Assembly: GCA_002269645.1 (NCBI GenBank)
Contig: NIVC01003789.1
Location: forward strand, 72,070 to 136,069
Length of the DNA: 64,000 nt
From: Macrostomum lignano
Lineage: Eukaryota
Direction: 5' to 3'
The notes beneath the pieces are model-generated. The model was not told the origin of the DNA. It searched no databases and saw only the letters and a program-made list of their open reading frames with translations. Below are positions 50,520-64,000 of the stretch, in pieces (positions within the stretch are counted from its first letter, which is position 1; every line of letters begins with the position of its first letter). Both the position numbers and the translations under genes were made by a program.

Positions 50520-52145
50520 AGATCCAACAGTCAGTCCCGAATCGAACTGAGTGCCAGCACTGTGCCAATCTTTGTTTTCTATTTTGTTCTTTTTTAATCA
50601 AATATGCAATGTTTTGTACTTGCTAGCTAGATAAATTTTAGTTTGTGTAAATATCTTAGTATTGCTTGTGAACTTGTACAGTGCAGTAGCGTATTAGGTT
50701 TAATTTATCTGAAACCCACTGTTTAGACATGTCACATATTAATTATTTCCCTTTTTTATTAATTATCTAGGTGTAACACAAAAATTATTTTACATTTACA
50801 ACACGCATTCAATATTTGTACTTTGCGAACTGCACATGCCATTTTATTTTCTTACTGATTCTCGTATTAAATTGCCTACGGTCACGTGATCTGTATCAAA
50901 TTAATAAAACTTGAATGGAATTTTTTGCCAACAACAGGATGTTCTGGCGCGGCTTTTGGAAAGAAATTATTTTGTTGAATGCTTGACAGTGTTGCTTCTT
51001 TGACAATGTTGGCTCTCGGTCTGACAATTCTGTCGACCAGATCTGGATCACTATAACTTAGGGATCCATGAGCTTATCGAGTAGTAGTAGTCGACTCTGC
51101 TGTATTTATATATCAATTTGAAGAGAGCAGCAAGGACGTCTAAAGTACGTTTTTGTAGATGAAGAAATGTTGAACTGGGTCAGACTTTGGACTGTTTGTG
51201 ACTTGTGGGTCATCGAAAACCCCATCATATTTTCGCGGGAGTTGGAAGCAATCAATCCACGCCTTATCACAGTGCTTCGCCACTACTTTACAGTTTGCAT
51301 ATACATGTAGACGTAGGTCGTAGATCTTATTTGGAGCCAAGAAAAAAAACAGTACAAGTATCGTGTTTCTGTTGTTTTATCTGGATTTATGTATTACGAG
51401 CTTTGTTTCGCTTAAAAGTCGTCACGCACATTTATACCCATGTAACAGTACGGTATTTCGATCTACCGGAAAATTTTACTCAAGGGACGACCAAGGGTTT
51501 ACGTTGCTAAAAAGGTATGTACATGCATGTAGGTTCTCGAATCAGAATTTGCGTGATTTTGTGTACGTGAATAATTATTAAAAAGTAATAGCAACTAAGA
51601 CCTTGAGACAAGCAACTTGCGTATTTAGGGGATAGGTTTGTCCGCGTCTATGGAGGTTATAATATTTCTCATTTCTGAGAAATTTGCTATTTTAACATTA
51701 AATTTAAACGAAATTGTATTTTCTGCCACTTTTCTTCTATTTTTATATCTTAATGTTCTTTTTCTTTTAACCAAAGTTAACCCTACATTCGGAGTACTTA
51801 TGCATGCTGGCCAACGCAACAGGGAAAAGCTTGGAAAAACGGCGGGCTTAGCGCTTTTATAATTAAAACAAACTTAGATTTGCAAAACATAAATAGTTTA
51901 AGTTGTGATTTCGTACACTAAGAAATAAAAAAATGAAGTCAAAATTCGTTTTCTTCTTTTATATTTTATGATATAAAATTATTTTTAAATATTTGCGGTG
52001 GCAATTCAGTGGTTTGATTTAGCTTTTCTGAAGTTTTTATCATCACGGATATTGTTTCCATTTTTGTAATCAAAGTAATTCGAGCTTTTCTATAATTATT
52101 TCCTTTAGATTATCAGTCCTCGGACTAGAAAAATAATTGGATATC

Positions 52146-55100
52146 ATGGCAGATAATGTTAAAGTCGCCGTTCGTGTTCGCCCATTCATATCCTTTTGAC
52201 ATTGCTCAGTAGTGCTGCTGTACGTTATGCATTGTCAATATATCAATTATACTAGGTGGCATTTTTCGTTTTTAAATCATTTTTGTCAAAGATTTTAGTT
52301 TTCAACAAAAGGATTAAGACGTTACTAATGAGACACATAAAATATTACGTAAGCGTGTACATCTGTAGATACACAGACGTTGACGTCACTTTTTGTATGC
52401 TATAAATATACATATGCAAGGATCTAATATTTATTTATAGCATAGAATACAATATAGATAGAAGATTTAACTTATTATGTATTTATTAAAAGAACTGTCT
52501 TTTATAGTAAAAATTATCACAAATGTTTACGTTTTGACTTGTTTGATAATAATTAGCGAAGTGAATTGGGTGTCATTTGTTAGTTTTTAAAAAAAAACAT
52601 GAAGGATGTCATGAAAATTTGTTTAATATAAAGAGCTAAAGCATAAGTTCTGAACTACAAGCTGTGGGTATTATGGTTTTAAATCCAATAAATCAATTTA
52701 CATTTTACAAACGATTCACCATACACCTAACCATTCAAAGATATTTTGCTAATTACTATTTTTTAAACTTTGATTTTAGCCATATTTATAACAGATTATA
52801 ACTTTATATCGTCTTTAGAAGTTATGTTTGATTAATTTCATAAATTTTACCACGGTGCTACTTAACCTAATTAATAATCGAAAAATTATCATTATTTTTA
52901 TTTTTCTTAACCGCGCACTTTTGAATCGCAACCCTGACACAATGAGCGCGAGAGGACTCGCGGCAGCAAGCTCATCATCAAGATGGACGGCACCCAGACT
53001 GTCATCACCGACCCGGCCAGCGGCCAGGATAAAAAATTTGCCTTCGACTATTCCTATTGGTCACACGACGGCTTCACGGAGCAGGAAAACGGCTACTTTG
53101 CCCCGGCCAGCGCCAAGTACGCTGATCAGGTGAGAGATTTGGCCGGGTGCTCCTGGCGTGCCATGCAACTTCAGATTCCTACAGTGAGCTGCCATCCCCA
53201 TCTCACCAATCCTTCAGTGAGCTGTCATCCCCATCTCACCAATCCCTCAGTGATCTGCCATCCCCATCTCACCAATCCTTCAGTGATCTGCCATCCCCAT
53301 CTCACCAATCCTTCAGTGATCTGCCATCCCCATCTCACCAATCCTTCAGTGATCTGCCATCCCTATCTCACCAATCCTTCAGTGATCTGCCATCCCTATC
53401 TCACCAATCCTTCAGTGATCTGCCATCCCCATCTCACCAATCCTTCAGTGATTAAGCATATTTAGGAGTAAACTTCAATCATTCCAACGCTAAAATCCAC
53501 TATCAATTCTCAATCGCAGCAAAAAGTATTCAACGACCTTGGCCGAGGCGTCCTTGACAACGCCTGGGAGGGCTACAACTGCAGCCTGTTCGCCTACGGA
53601 CAGACCGGTAGCGGCAAGAGCTACTCAATGATTGGCTACCAGGCCAACAAGGGCATTGTGCCCATCGCGTGCGAGGACCTGTTCAAAGCCATCGAGGCCA
53701 AGAAGCCGGAGATGAAAGCTGGCGAGGAATACCAGGTATCGCTGAGCATGATCGAGATCTATAATGAGCAGGTGCGCGACCTTCTCGTGTCCAAAACTGT
53801 CAAAGGCGGCTTGAAAATTCGCCAGCACCCCAACAAGGTAAGTTGGAGATCTAGAGCAGGTTCAGGAGGTGGATGGTCGCTCGTCCGATAGCCCTTAGGT
53901 AGATATCTGGAGAGATCTGAGTTGGGGCCGAGGTAGGTGAGCCTGTCCTGAGTAAAGACAGATTCGGTGTTCCACATTCTCAACACCGGAGAGGCAGAAT
54001 GCGCATTCCTCGCTAGGGATTTTTCCCTGGAGGCGGCGATGCCTGGAAATACAGCGCCATGGCCCCCCGAGAGAGACAAGAAGGCATGATATTGGGGATT
54101 TTATGCTAAAAAACTGACTAATTCCTATGCATACGAGCTAGATAGCTTACGAGTATCAAAACCGTCCTGAGAAACTCAAGGTCTCGTTGGTTGCAGAAAC
54201 TTCAGCAGTCCTCGACTGCTATTGCCGTGCTGAACTCAACTGCTTTTCAATTATTTATTGATGACTGAAGGCTTCAGTTTGTGCTTGGCTACTCTTCAGG
54301 TTTGAGAAGCTTTTCTATAGCCAAATCTTTTTTGAATTTCTGGTTCTTTAACTTACTCGTTAGAATTTGTTTGGAGGAAATTTCCTGCAGAAAAGTGGTT
54401 CTCTTTTGATGAGCTGTCAATGTTGTCAAAAACTGATCAATTCAGGATAAGTTGGTGGTGGTGGCGCGGGGCCCTCATTAACAGTCATATTAATCCAACT
54501 GATCACGGCAGGGCTTCTACGTCGAACAGCTGACCACCTCGCCCGTGAGCAGCTACGCTCAGATCGAGGCCAAGATCGCCGAGGGCTCGCACAACCGCAC
54601 CGTGGCGGCCACCAACATGAACGCCACCAGCAGCCGGGCGCACACCATCGTGGCCATCAGCTTCACGCAGAAGACCTTAGACGGCAGCGGGCAGAGCATG
54701 ACACGGTCGTCTGTGATGAACCTGGTAGATCTGGCTGGCAGGTGAAGACAATTTTACAGTACAGATTGCGCAATTAGATGACCAGACTGCGCCTTTTCGG
54801 TCCAGGGTAGCAACCACACAGAGACAGATGGTCGAGAGCTGTTGACCCATCATTTATCCTCAAAAGTATGAGAAAAATCAATCATGTTCGTAGGTTAGAA
54901 GATTAGATAAGCAGCTCTCGAAAAACCTTAGTGCTGGCGCCCCTTGGTGCTGGCGCCCCTTGGTGCTGGCGCCCCTTGGTGCTGGCGCCCCTTGGTGCTG
55001 GCGCCCCTTGGTGCTGGCGCCCCTTGGTGCTGGCGCCCCTTGGTGCTGGCGCCCCTTGGTGCTGGCGCCCCTTGGTGCTGGCGCCCCTTGGTGCTGGCGC

Positions 55101-58100
55101 CCCTTGGTGCTGGCGCCCCTTGGTGCTGGCGCCCCTTGGTGCTGGCGCCCCTTGGTGCTGGCGCCCCTTGGTGCTGGCGCCCCTTGGTGCTGGCGCCCCT
55201 TGGTGCTGGCGCCCCTTGGTGCTGGCGCCCCTTGGTGCTGGCGCCCCTTGGTGCTGGCGCCCCTTGGTGCTGGCGCCCCTTGGTGCTGGCGCCCCTTGGT
55301 GCTGGCGCCCCTTGGTGCTGGCGCCCCTTGGTGCTGGCGCCCCTTGGTGCTGGCGCCCCTTGGTGCTGGCGCCCCTTGGTGCTGGCGCCCCTTGGTGCTG
55401 GCGCCCCTTGGTGCTGGCGCCCCTTGGTGCTGGCGCCCCTTGGTGCTGGCGCCCCTTGGTGCTGGCGCCCCTTGGTGCTGGCGCCCCTTGGTGCTGGCGC
55501 CCCTTGGTGCTGGCGCCCCTTGGTGCTGGCGCCCCTTGGTGCTGGCGCCCCTTGGTGCTGGCGCCCCTTGGTGCTGGCGCCCCTTGGTGCTGGCGCCCCT
55601 TGGTGCTGGCGCCCCTTGGTGCTGGCGCCCCAGTAATGGCGCCCCGTGTTGTGACGCGCTACCTTTGAGCACACACAAGTCATCGCACTTGGCATTTTGA
55701 TACCTCGAAAATCTTTGAGTACCTTCTGCCCGACCATTCCACCAACCCTTTCAAGCAGTCCGAATGCACATTTATAAGTGGGAAGGGAGTTCATCCCAGT
55801 TACAGAAATTCAGAGCTTATCTTCCTCTCTAACCGCTCAAACCCTCAAGCGAGCGGGCCGACTCCACCGGGGCCACGGGTGACCGGCTGAAGGAGGGCTC
55901 CGCCATCAACCAGTCGCTCAGCACGCTGGGGAACTGCATCAAGGCGCTGGCGGACCAATCCACGGGCAATTCCAAGGTTGTCGGTAAGTTGATGGCCAAA
56001 ACACCTTTTTATTCGTGTTGTAGGCAGTTTCAGCTGTGTTTCATCATAGCCAACCGGTACGTTCGCAATTCATTTCAGTGCCGTTTCGCGACTCCGTGCT
56101 GACCAAACTGTTGCAGAATGCGCTCGGCGGCAACAGCAAGACTGTCATGGTGAGGGCCGCGCCACCCTCCCCCCATTTAATTGTCTGCCTCTTGAAGTTG
56201 CCACCCGATTCAGAATGACATGGCGTCACTCAGAATTGCATGGCGCCCACTCAGAATTGCATGGCGCCCACTCAGAATTGCATGGCGCCCACTCAGAATT
56301 GCATGGCGCCCACTCAGAATTGCATGGCGCCCACTCAGAATTGCATGGCGCCCACTCAGAATTGCATGGCGCCCACTCAGAATTGCATGGCGCCCACTCA
56401 GAATTGCATGGCGCTCACTCAGAATTGCATGGCGCCCACTCAGAATTGCATGGCGCCCACTCAGAATTGCATGGCGCCCACTCAGAATTGCATGGCGCCC
56501 ACTCAGAATTGCATGGTGCCCACTCAGAATTGCATGGCGCCCACTCAGAATTGCATGGCGCCCACTCAGAATTGCATGGCGCCCACTCAGAATTGCATGG
56601 TGCCCACTCAGAATTGCATGGCGCCCACTCAGAATGAAATGGCGCCCACTCAGAATGAAATGGCGCCCACTCAGAATGAAATGGCGCCCACTCAGAATTG
56701 CATGGCGCCCACTGCCGCCTTGACTTGCCGCTCTAGAGTGCAATTTCAACGCACTTCCCTCTGCCCGCAGATCGCCGCGCTGTCCCCGGCGGACATCAAC
56801 TTCGAGGAGACGCTGTCCACCCTCCGCTTCGCCGACCGGGCCAAAGCCATCAAAACCAAAGCGGTGGTGAACGAGAGCCCCACTGACAAGCTGATCAGGG
56901 AGCTGCGCGAGGAGAACCAGCGGCTCATGGAGATGCTCAAATCTGGCGGCGGCGAAGCTGTCTCTAGCAGCGGCAGCGGCGGCGGAGACGGCGAGGGATC
57001 CGAGGAGGCTGAGGAGCGGATGCGCGAGCTGATGAAGCGCAACCAGGAAGAGATGGAGGCGATGGAGCGCCAGTGGGCGGAGAAGCTGGCCCAGGCGCAG
57101 GCCGAGTCGCAGGCGCAGATTCGCGACAAAGAGGCCGTGGGCGAGCGGCGCAAGCAGCAGCCGCACCTGTGGAACCTGAACGAGGACCCGTCGCTCAGCG
57201 GCCTGATTGTGCACTTCTGCGAGCCCGGCAGCCACACCATCGGCAGGGAGGCGGAGTTCCAGCTGCGCGGCATCAGGTGCGGCTTCGGAGATTTCAAGAG
57301 ATTTCATTCGATTGGCCTCTGTCTGTCGAATGGGGCAAATGCAACGCTAGAAGTAGCGTTGTGAATTTCTGTTGCAGAAAACGATTGAGCTGTTTTGAGA
57401 ATTCAGCGAGATTCCCCAGATCCCCCAGACAAGGGATTTCCCAGATCCCAAAAAAGGAATTCTCCAGATCCCAGACAAGGGATTCCCCAGATCCCCCAGA
57501 CAAGGGATTTCCCAGATCCACCAGACAAGGGATTCCCCAGATCCCCCAGACAAGACAAGGGATTCCCCAGATCCACCAGACAAGGGATTCCCCAGATCCC
57601 CCAGACAAGGGATTCGCCAAATCCCAGACAAGGAATTCTCCAGATCCCCGACAAGGGATTCCCCAGATCCACCAGACAAGGGATTCCCCAGATCCCCCAG
57701 ACAAGGGATTCCCCAGATCCACCAGACAAGGGATTCTCCAGATCCCAGTGTTGTATATTAACAGAGAAGACACAGAGTATGCCCCCAAGCCCAATGTTTT
57801 GTTGTCTAAGGCACAACCTATTATTTTATAATAAAGTACGAGCTAGTTACAACATGAATCCCAAGAGGAGTTCGTAACTACCGGAGCAATACGATAGCTC
57901 GAACCCCTAAGCGAACCGTTGTCTTCTTACTTAAATGTAGCAGCTCCACGTCGGAGCAGAAGACATAACAATGGCGACGAGTACAAAAATCGGCGAGTTT
58001 GACGTGGCTAAACCGGATAAATGGGAAGCCTACGAAGAGCGGCTAGAACAATTTCTCGTCGTGAATAAAGTGACCGAGGAGGCACAAAAGCGAGCGAGCT

Positions 58101-61100
58101 TGATCACAGTGATAGGCAATGACTGTTATCAATTGCTACGCAACCTGCTATCGCCTAAGAAGCCAAAGGATGTGGCGTACGACGAACAAGTGAAGACGCT
58201 GAGGGAACACTTCAACCCAAAGCCGAAGATTGTCGTCGAGCGGTACAACTTCCACAGCAGAGTCCAACACGAAGGAGAAACAGTGAGTAACTTTGTTGCA
58301 AGTCTGCGGAGGTTGGCATCCACGTGTGGTTTTGACAAGTTCCTGGAGGAGGCACTGAGAGACAGGTTCGTCGTTGGCCTCAGGAACAGGCTCATCCAGC
58401 AGCGATTGCTACAAGAAGAGACACTGACCCTGTCGGGTGCATTAACGCTAGCGACTGCGATAGAAGCAGCAGAGCGAGGAGTCGTGACTATCACCTCCGC
58501 CACAGGAGTCGGTCATAGTGTCAATTTCTCGAAGGAAACTAACAAGCAATCAACTGCAGCGCAACATGGGAAAAGGAGCCGCGCCCAAGATGGATGTTTC
58601 CGCTGTAACGCGAAGGATCATTGGGCAAGGAGCTGTCCATATAGGAATAAAACGTGCAGCAAATGCGGCCGAGTAGGACATCTTAGAGATGCATGCCGTA
58701 CAAAGGACAAGGCAAAAGAGTCTGGAAGTGGCAGGTCGAAGCGATTCAACTCTTCAAAACGTGGGAAGTCCGGTAAGGTGCATTACGCGCGGAATTTCGA
58801 CAGTGAGTCAGAAAGTGAGGGTTCGGACTGCAGTGGTCGAGACAAGCATTCCGAGATCAGGACTGTGTTTGCTACAGGAATGGCTGGCTTTAGTGGATCA
58901 GCACCGTATATGTGCGAGTTAAATATAAATGGGCATTTTGTAAATTCCAACTGGATACTGGCGCAGACAAGACCCTTATTAACGAAAATAGTGGCAAGAA
59001 AATTGGCTTAAGGTGGTCTAAATCTAATGTTAGACTGTCAAGTTACACAGATAATCTCATACCAGTTCTGGGCGAAGCTACTGTTATCGTAACTAACTAT
59101 CAGGAAAGACAGTATCAACTAACTGCGCTTGTTGTGAAGGGAGACAGAGTGAATCTTCTAGGTCGGGACTGGCTCTCTTCGTTGAAAATTGACTGGAGCA
59201 AATTTGCCCATGTGAAAACAACAACGTTGGTTCCACCTATCGAGCGGTTAATGAAGAAGTATGATCAAGTGTTTGCTGAAAGCCTTGGCACTATCAAAGG
59301 GTTAAAGGCCAGAATACTGTTGAAAGAAAACTTCATTCCAAAGTTTTGTAAGAGTCGACCGGTGCCATTTGCGATCAAAAGCCTCATTGAAGAGGAGCTG
59401 GCGAATTTGCAAGCTCAAGGCATAATAAAAAAAGTGAGCGCATCAGACTTTGCATCTCCGATTGTCCCAGTTTTGAAGCGCGACGGAAAATCCGTAAGGA
59501 TTTGCGCTGATTTTAAGAGAACCGTTAATCCCCAATTGGAAGTTGACAAGTACCCTCTGCCGAAACCGGAAGAAATTTTCGCAACTCTTAATGGTGGAAG
59601 AGTCTTCTCGAAATTGGATATTTCGCAAGCGTTTTTACAACTGGAACTGGAGGATTCGTGCAAAAAGTTTGCTACAATTAACACACATCTGGGTTTGTTC
59701 CAATACGAGCGACTAACAATGGGTCTGGCATCAGCCCCTGCACAATTTCAAGAAGCGATGGAGAAAATTTTACAAGGCTTGGAAGTGGTTGTCTATATAG
59801 ACGACATTCTTGTATCCGGCAGTTGTTTGGAAGACCACGACAAAAGACTGGAAGCTGTATTAGAACGTCTTTTAGCTCACGGTGTGCATTTGAATCGGAA
59901 AAAGTGTGAATTCCGCCTAAATAGAATTGAATTCTTGGGCTACGTTATCGATGAATCGGGAATCCATCCCTCGAAAGAGAAAGTTCGGGCAATTCATGAA
60001 GCTCCAACACCAACTAACGTGTCAGAGGTTCGTTCCTTGATAGGAATGATCAGCTATTATGGAAAGTTTATTCCAAACCTATCATCAATACTGGTACCTC
60101 TCAACAGACTATTGCACAAAGACGCAGAGTTTCATTGGAGTGAGGCGTGTTCGGCAGCATTCGAGAAAGTGAAGGCAACTCTAACTTCTGAGCGTGTTCT
60201 GGCTCATTTTGATCCTAAGAAGCAGCTTGTATTGCAAACGGACGCCTCCAAATATGGAATCGGGTGTGTCATCTCACATTTGATGCCCAATGGCGAGGAA
60301 AGGCCTGTAGCATTTGCTTCGAGAACTCTAACAAAACCTGAGATCAACTACTCTCAACTAGAGAAAGAAGCGCTGGCCATCGTATTCGGAGTTAAAAGAT
60401 TTCACCAATATCTTTTTGGACATCATTTTATACTAGTGACTGACCATAAACCCCTACTGACCATTTTTGGAGATAAGAAGGACATTCCGAGCATAGCAGC
60501 AAGCCGACTTCAGCGCTGGGCCGTGTTGCTTTCTGCCCATCAGTATACCATCAAATTCAGAAGAACAGAGGATCATTCGAATGCTGACGCACTTTCACGT
60601 CTCCCAGTGCCTGGTAATATCAGTAAGGTTGATCGTGTCTTGGAGGTCAGGCTAGAAATGCTACCAGTCAACGCAGAAACAATACGAACCGAGACACAGA
60701 AAGATTCACAGCTTCAGAGAGTTGTTCGATACTGTCAAAATGGTTGGCCAGACACCTGTGAGCAAGAGCTGGAACAGTACTTCAGGAAGCGGAACGAGTT
60801 TTGCATTGAGCAAGGTGTGCTATTTTGGGGAGTAAGAGTAATTATTCCAAGAAGCTTACAACAGGTTGTGTTAGAACTGCTTCATGATGGACATCCAGGA
60901 ATTGTTGCAATGAAATCCAGACTGCATGTATGGTTCCCAGGAATCGACAAGGCTATAGAAGCCCTAGTCCATAGTTGTGAAGGCTGTCAGCTGCAAAGGA
61001 ATTTGCCTGCACAAGCACCAGTTCAGCCTCTTGTCTGGCCGGAAAGGCCTTGGACTCGAATTCAACTGGACTACATGGGACCATTCCATGGATACTACTG

Positions 61101-62690
61101 GCTTGTTATAGTCGATGCAACAAGTAAATAGGTTGAGATCTTTCCCATGAAGCACGCAACTACCAACAGGACGATAGAATGTCTACGAGAAACTTTCGCA
61201 CGATTTGGCATCCCACAGCAAGTGTTGAGTGACAATGGAAGCCAGTTCTGCTCAGCTGAGTTCCGTACTTTCCTAGAGCGGAATAACATCCGACAGATTT
61301 TGACAGCTGTTGGACATCCGCGTACCAACGGACTTAGTGAAAGAATGGTGCAAACAGCAAAGTCTGCTATCAAAGCAGGAATTAAGACTCACGGTGATCC
61401 AATCTTGAGCATGCAGAACTTTCTGTTTCGCTATCGCAGTACACCTCATTCAACAACCGGTAGAACACCAGCAGAGATGATGTTATGCTACAGTCGCAGG
61501 ACACGGTTGGATTTTCTTAAGCCGGATGCTTACTCAAGAGTGTTAAACAAGCAGACGGATGTCACTGAACGACAAATAGAGAGAGGATCAACTATTCGAG
61601 AATTTCAAGAAGGAGACTCAGTTCTGACGTTGGACTTCAGAAGGGAGCGAGAAAACAGGTGGATTTCTGCCAAGGTGATCGCCCGCACAGGACCGCTGTC
61701 CTATAGACTGTTGGTCAACGGACAAGTCTGGAAGCGACACGTCGACCAAATTGTCAGTGCAGAATTACCTGGACAGAACAAGCCGGAGGCTCATCACCTA
61801 CCGCCTATTCTGAAGGATCCTAGGAGAGTTCAGAGCGACAAAACTACCACCGAGAAAGAGCGGCGAGAGAGTGAATCAACTCAACCGGTCCAAGACGTGC
61901 CAAGCCGAGGAGAATCTCAGACAGCGGACACAGACCAGGATGACGCTGACTCTGGAGCAGAAGGCGTGGGCACAAGGATACTGAGGGATCGAAGCAAATT
62001 GAGAAAACCGGATCGGTTGCATTACAGTGAATAATTCCGGATAACTGACAATGCAACTTTTTTATTGACAAAAGGGGGAATGTTGTATATTAACAGAGAA
62101 GACACAGAGTATGCCCCAAGCCCAATGTTTTGTTGTCTAAGGCACAACCTTTTATTTTATAATAAAGTACGAGCTAGTTACAACATGAATCCCAAGAGGA
62201 GTTCGTAACTACCGGAGCAATACGATAGCTCGAACCCCTAAGCGAACCGTTGTCTTCTTACTTAAATGTAGCAGCTCCACGTCGGAGCAGAAGACATAAC
62301 ACCCAGGCAAGGGGTTCCCCAGATCCCAGGAGCCATCAGAGCTTCCTTCTTGAAGGTGCCAGGAGCAAAATGACCCCCGAGTCCTCCTTCCCCGACGCAG
62401 CATCCTGCCGCAGCACGCCACGCTGAACAACAGCTCCGACAAGGTGACGCTGACGCCGCAGAATGGCGCCAAAGTGTGCGTGAACGGGCGCGAGGTTGTC
62501 CAGGAGACCCTGCTGAACCATCACGACCGGGTGCTGTTCGGAAACAACCACCTGTACGTGTTCGACAATCCCAAGGCCGCCGCGCCGTCTCCGTCGCCGA
62601 TTCCGACATTTGAGGCGGCGCAGGCGGAACTGGCGGAGAACTCCGGAGTCATGGGACTGCTGGGCGACAAGGCCAAGAGCAGCAGTGCCG
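52146..62690 (+). CDS. Kinesin-3 family motor (KIF28-like); continues beyond the window
   Basis: Exons 52146-52187, 52941-53129, 53520-53837, 54512-54741, 55850-55983, 56079-56149, 56771-57276 and 62401-~62690 splice in frame; [55 protein letters not shown], coiled coil, FHA ([15 protein letters not shown]). Confidence 0.93.
52188..52940 (+). other. U12-type (minor spliceosome) AT-AC intron
   Basis: Donor ATATCCTTT, branch-like TTTCTTAAC at 52903-52911, acceptor CAC; removal restores VRPF|NERE. Confidence 0.85.
53179..53452. repeat. 33-bp intronic minisatellite, about 8 copies
   Basis: cagtgatctgccatccccatctcaccaatcctt. Confidence 0.97.
54931..55631. repeat. 16-bp intronic minisatellite, about 44 near-perfect copies
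   Basis: tggtgctggcgcccct. Confidence 0.98.
56212..56713. repeat. 21-bp intronic minisatellite, about 23 copies
   Basis: cactcagaattgcatggcgcc. Confidence 0.98.
57412..57748. repeat. Degenerate ~28-bp intronic minisatellite; resumes after the Gypsy at 62302-62330
   Basis: ccagacaagggattccccagatcc variants. Confidence 0.9.
57749..62301 (+). mobile_element. Full-length Ty3/Gypsy (Mag-like) retrotransposon in a kinesin intron, very young
   Basis: LTRs 57749-57970 and 62081-62301 differ by one substitution and one indel; TSD CCCAG; PBS TGGCGACGAG (tRNA-Ser type); PPT aaaagggggaa; gag with two CCHC knuckles, LDTGA, YIDD, RNase H and integrase; one frameshift near 58935 and a TAG at 61129-61131. 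Confidence 0.97.
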
Positions 62691-62707
62691 GCAAGTGCTG
62701 ACTGCAG

Positions 62708-63979
<1,272 letters not shown>

Positions 63980-64000
63980 ACTATAAAGCTTTCGTGGAAT

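Noticed and set aside
54878-55794. Long repetitive ORFs on both strands (also 49106-50215, 53147-53465, 56210-56723 and 57294-57877)
   Set aside because: These arise from stop-free minisatellite units lying inside introns defined by conserved kinesin or cornichon exons.
49115-56713. CRISPR-like regular repeats
   Set aside because: They are head-to-tail tandem units with no unique spacers, no cas genes and a eukaryotic context.
58912-58960. Programmed gag-pol frameshift in the third Gypsy
   Set aside because: There is no canonical slippery heptamer; one missing A in a homopolymer restores [12 protein letters not shown], which points to a mutation or read error.

Overview
Eukaryotic, animal-type genomic DNA with no prokaryotic features. 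GC-rich exons, minisatellite-filled introns and frequent single-base indels are reminiscent of a free-living flatworm long-read assembly (inference only). The right third holds two host genes: a cornichon (CNIH4-like) gene and a kinesin-3 (KIF28-like) gene whose first intron reads as a U12-type AT-AC intron. The left two-thirds is a nest of mobile DNA: LINE fragments, Tc1-like and Crypton-like remnants, a MULE transposase followed by a USP deubiquitinase domain, and two LTR-complete Ty3/Gypsy elements (a third lies in a kinesin intron). The standout is an ~8.5-kb candidate element (14207-22727). It is bounded by a 10-bp direct repeat and inward-facing motif arrays, and encodes a zinc-finger tyrosine recombinase plus a spliced CRESS-type Rep whose SF3 helicase motifs are kept but whose HUH nuclease motifs appear lost. 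Many ORFs carry stops or frameshifts, which may be real decay or sequencing indels. All family assignments come from manual motif recognition, not database searches.
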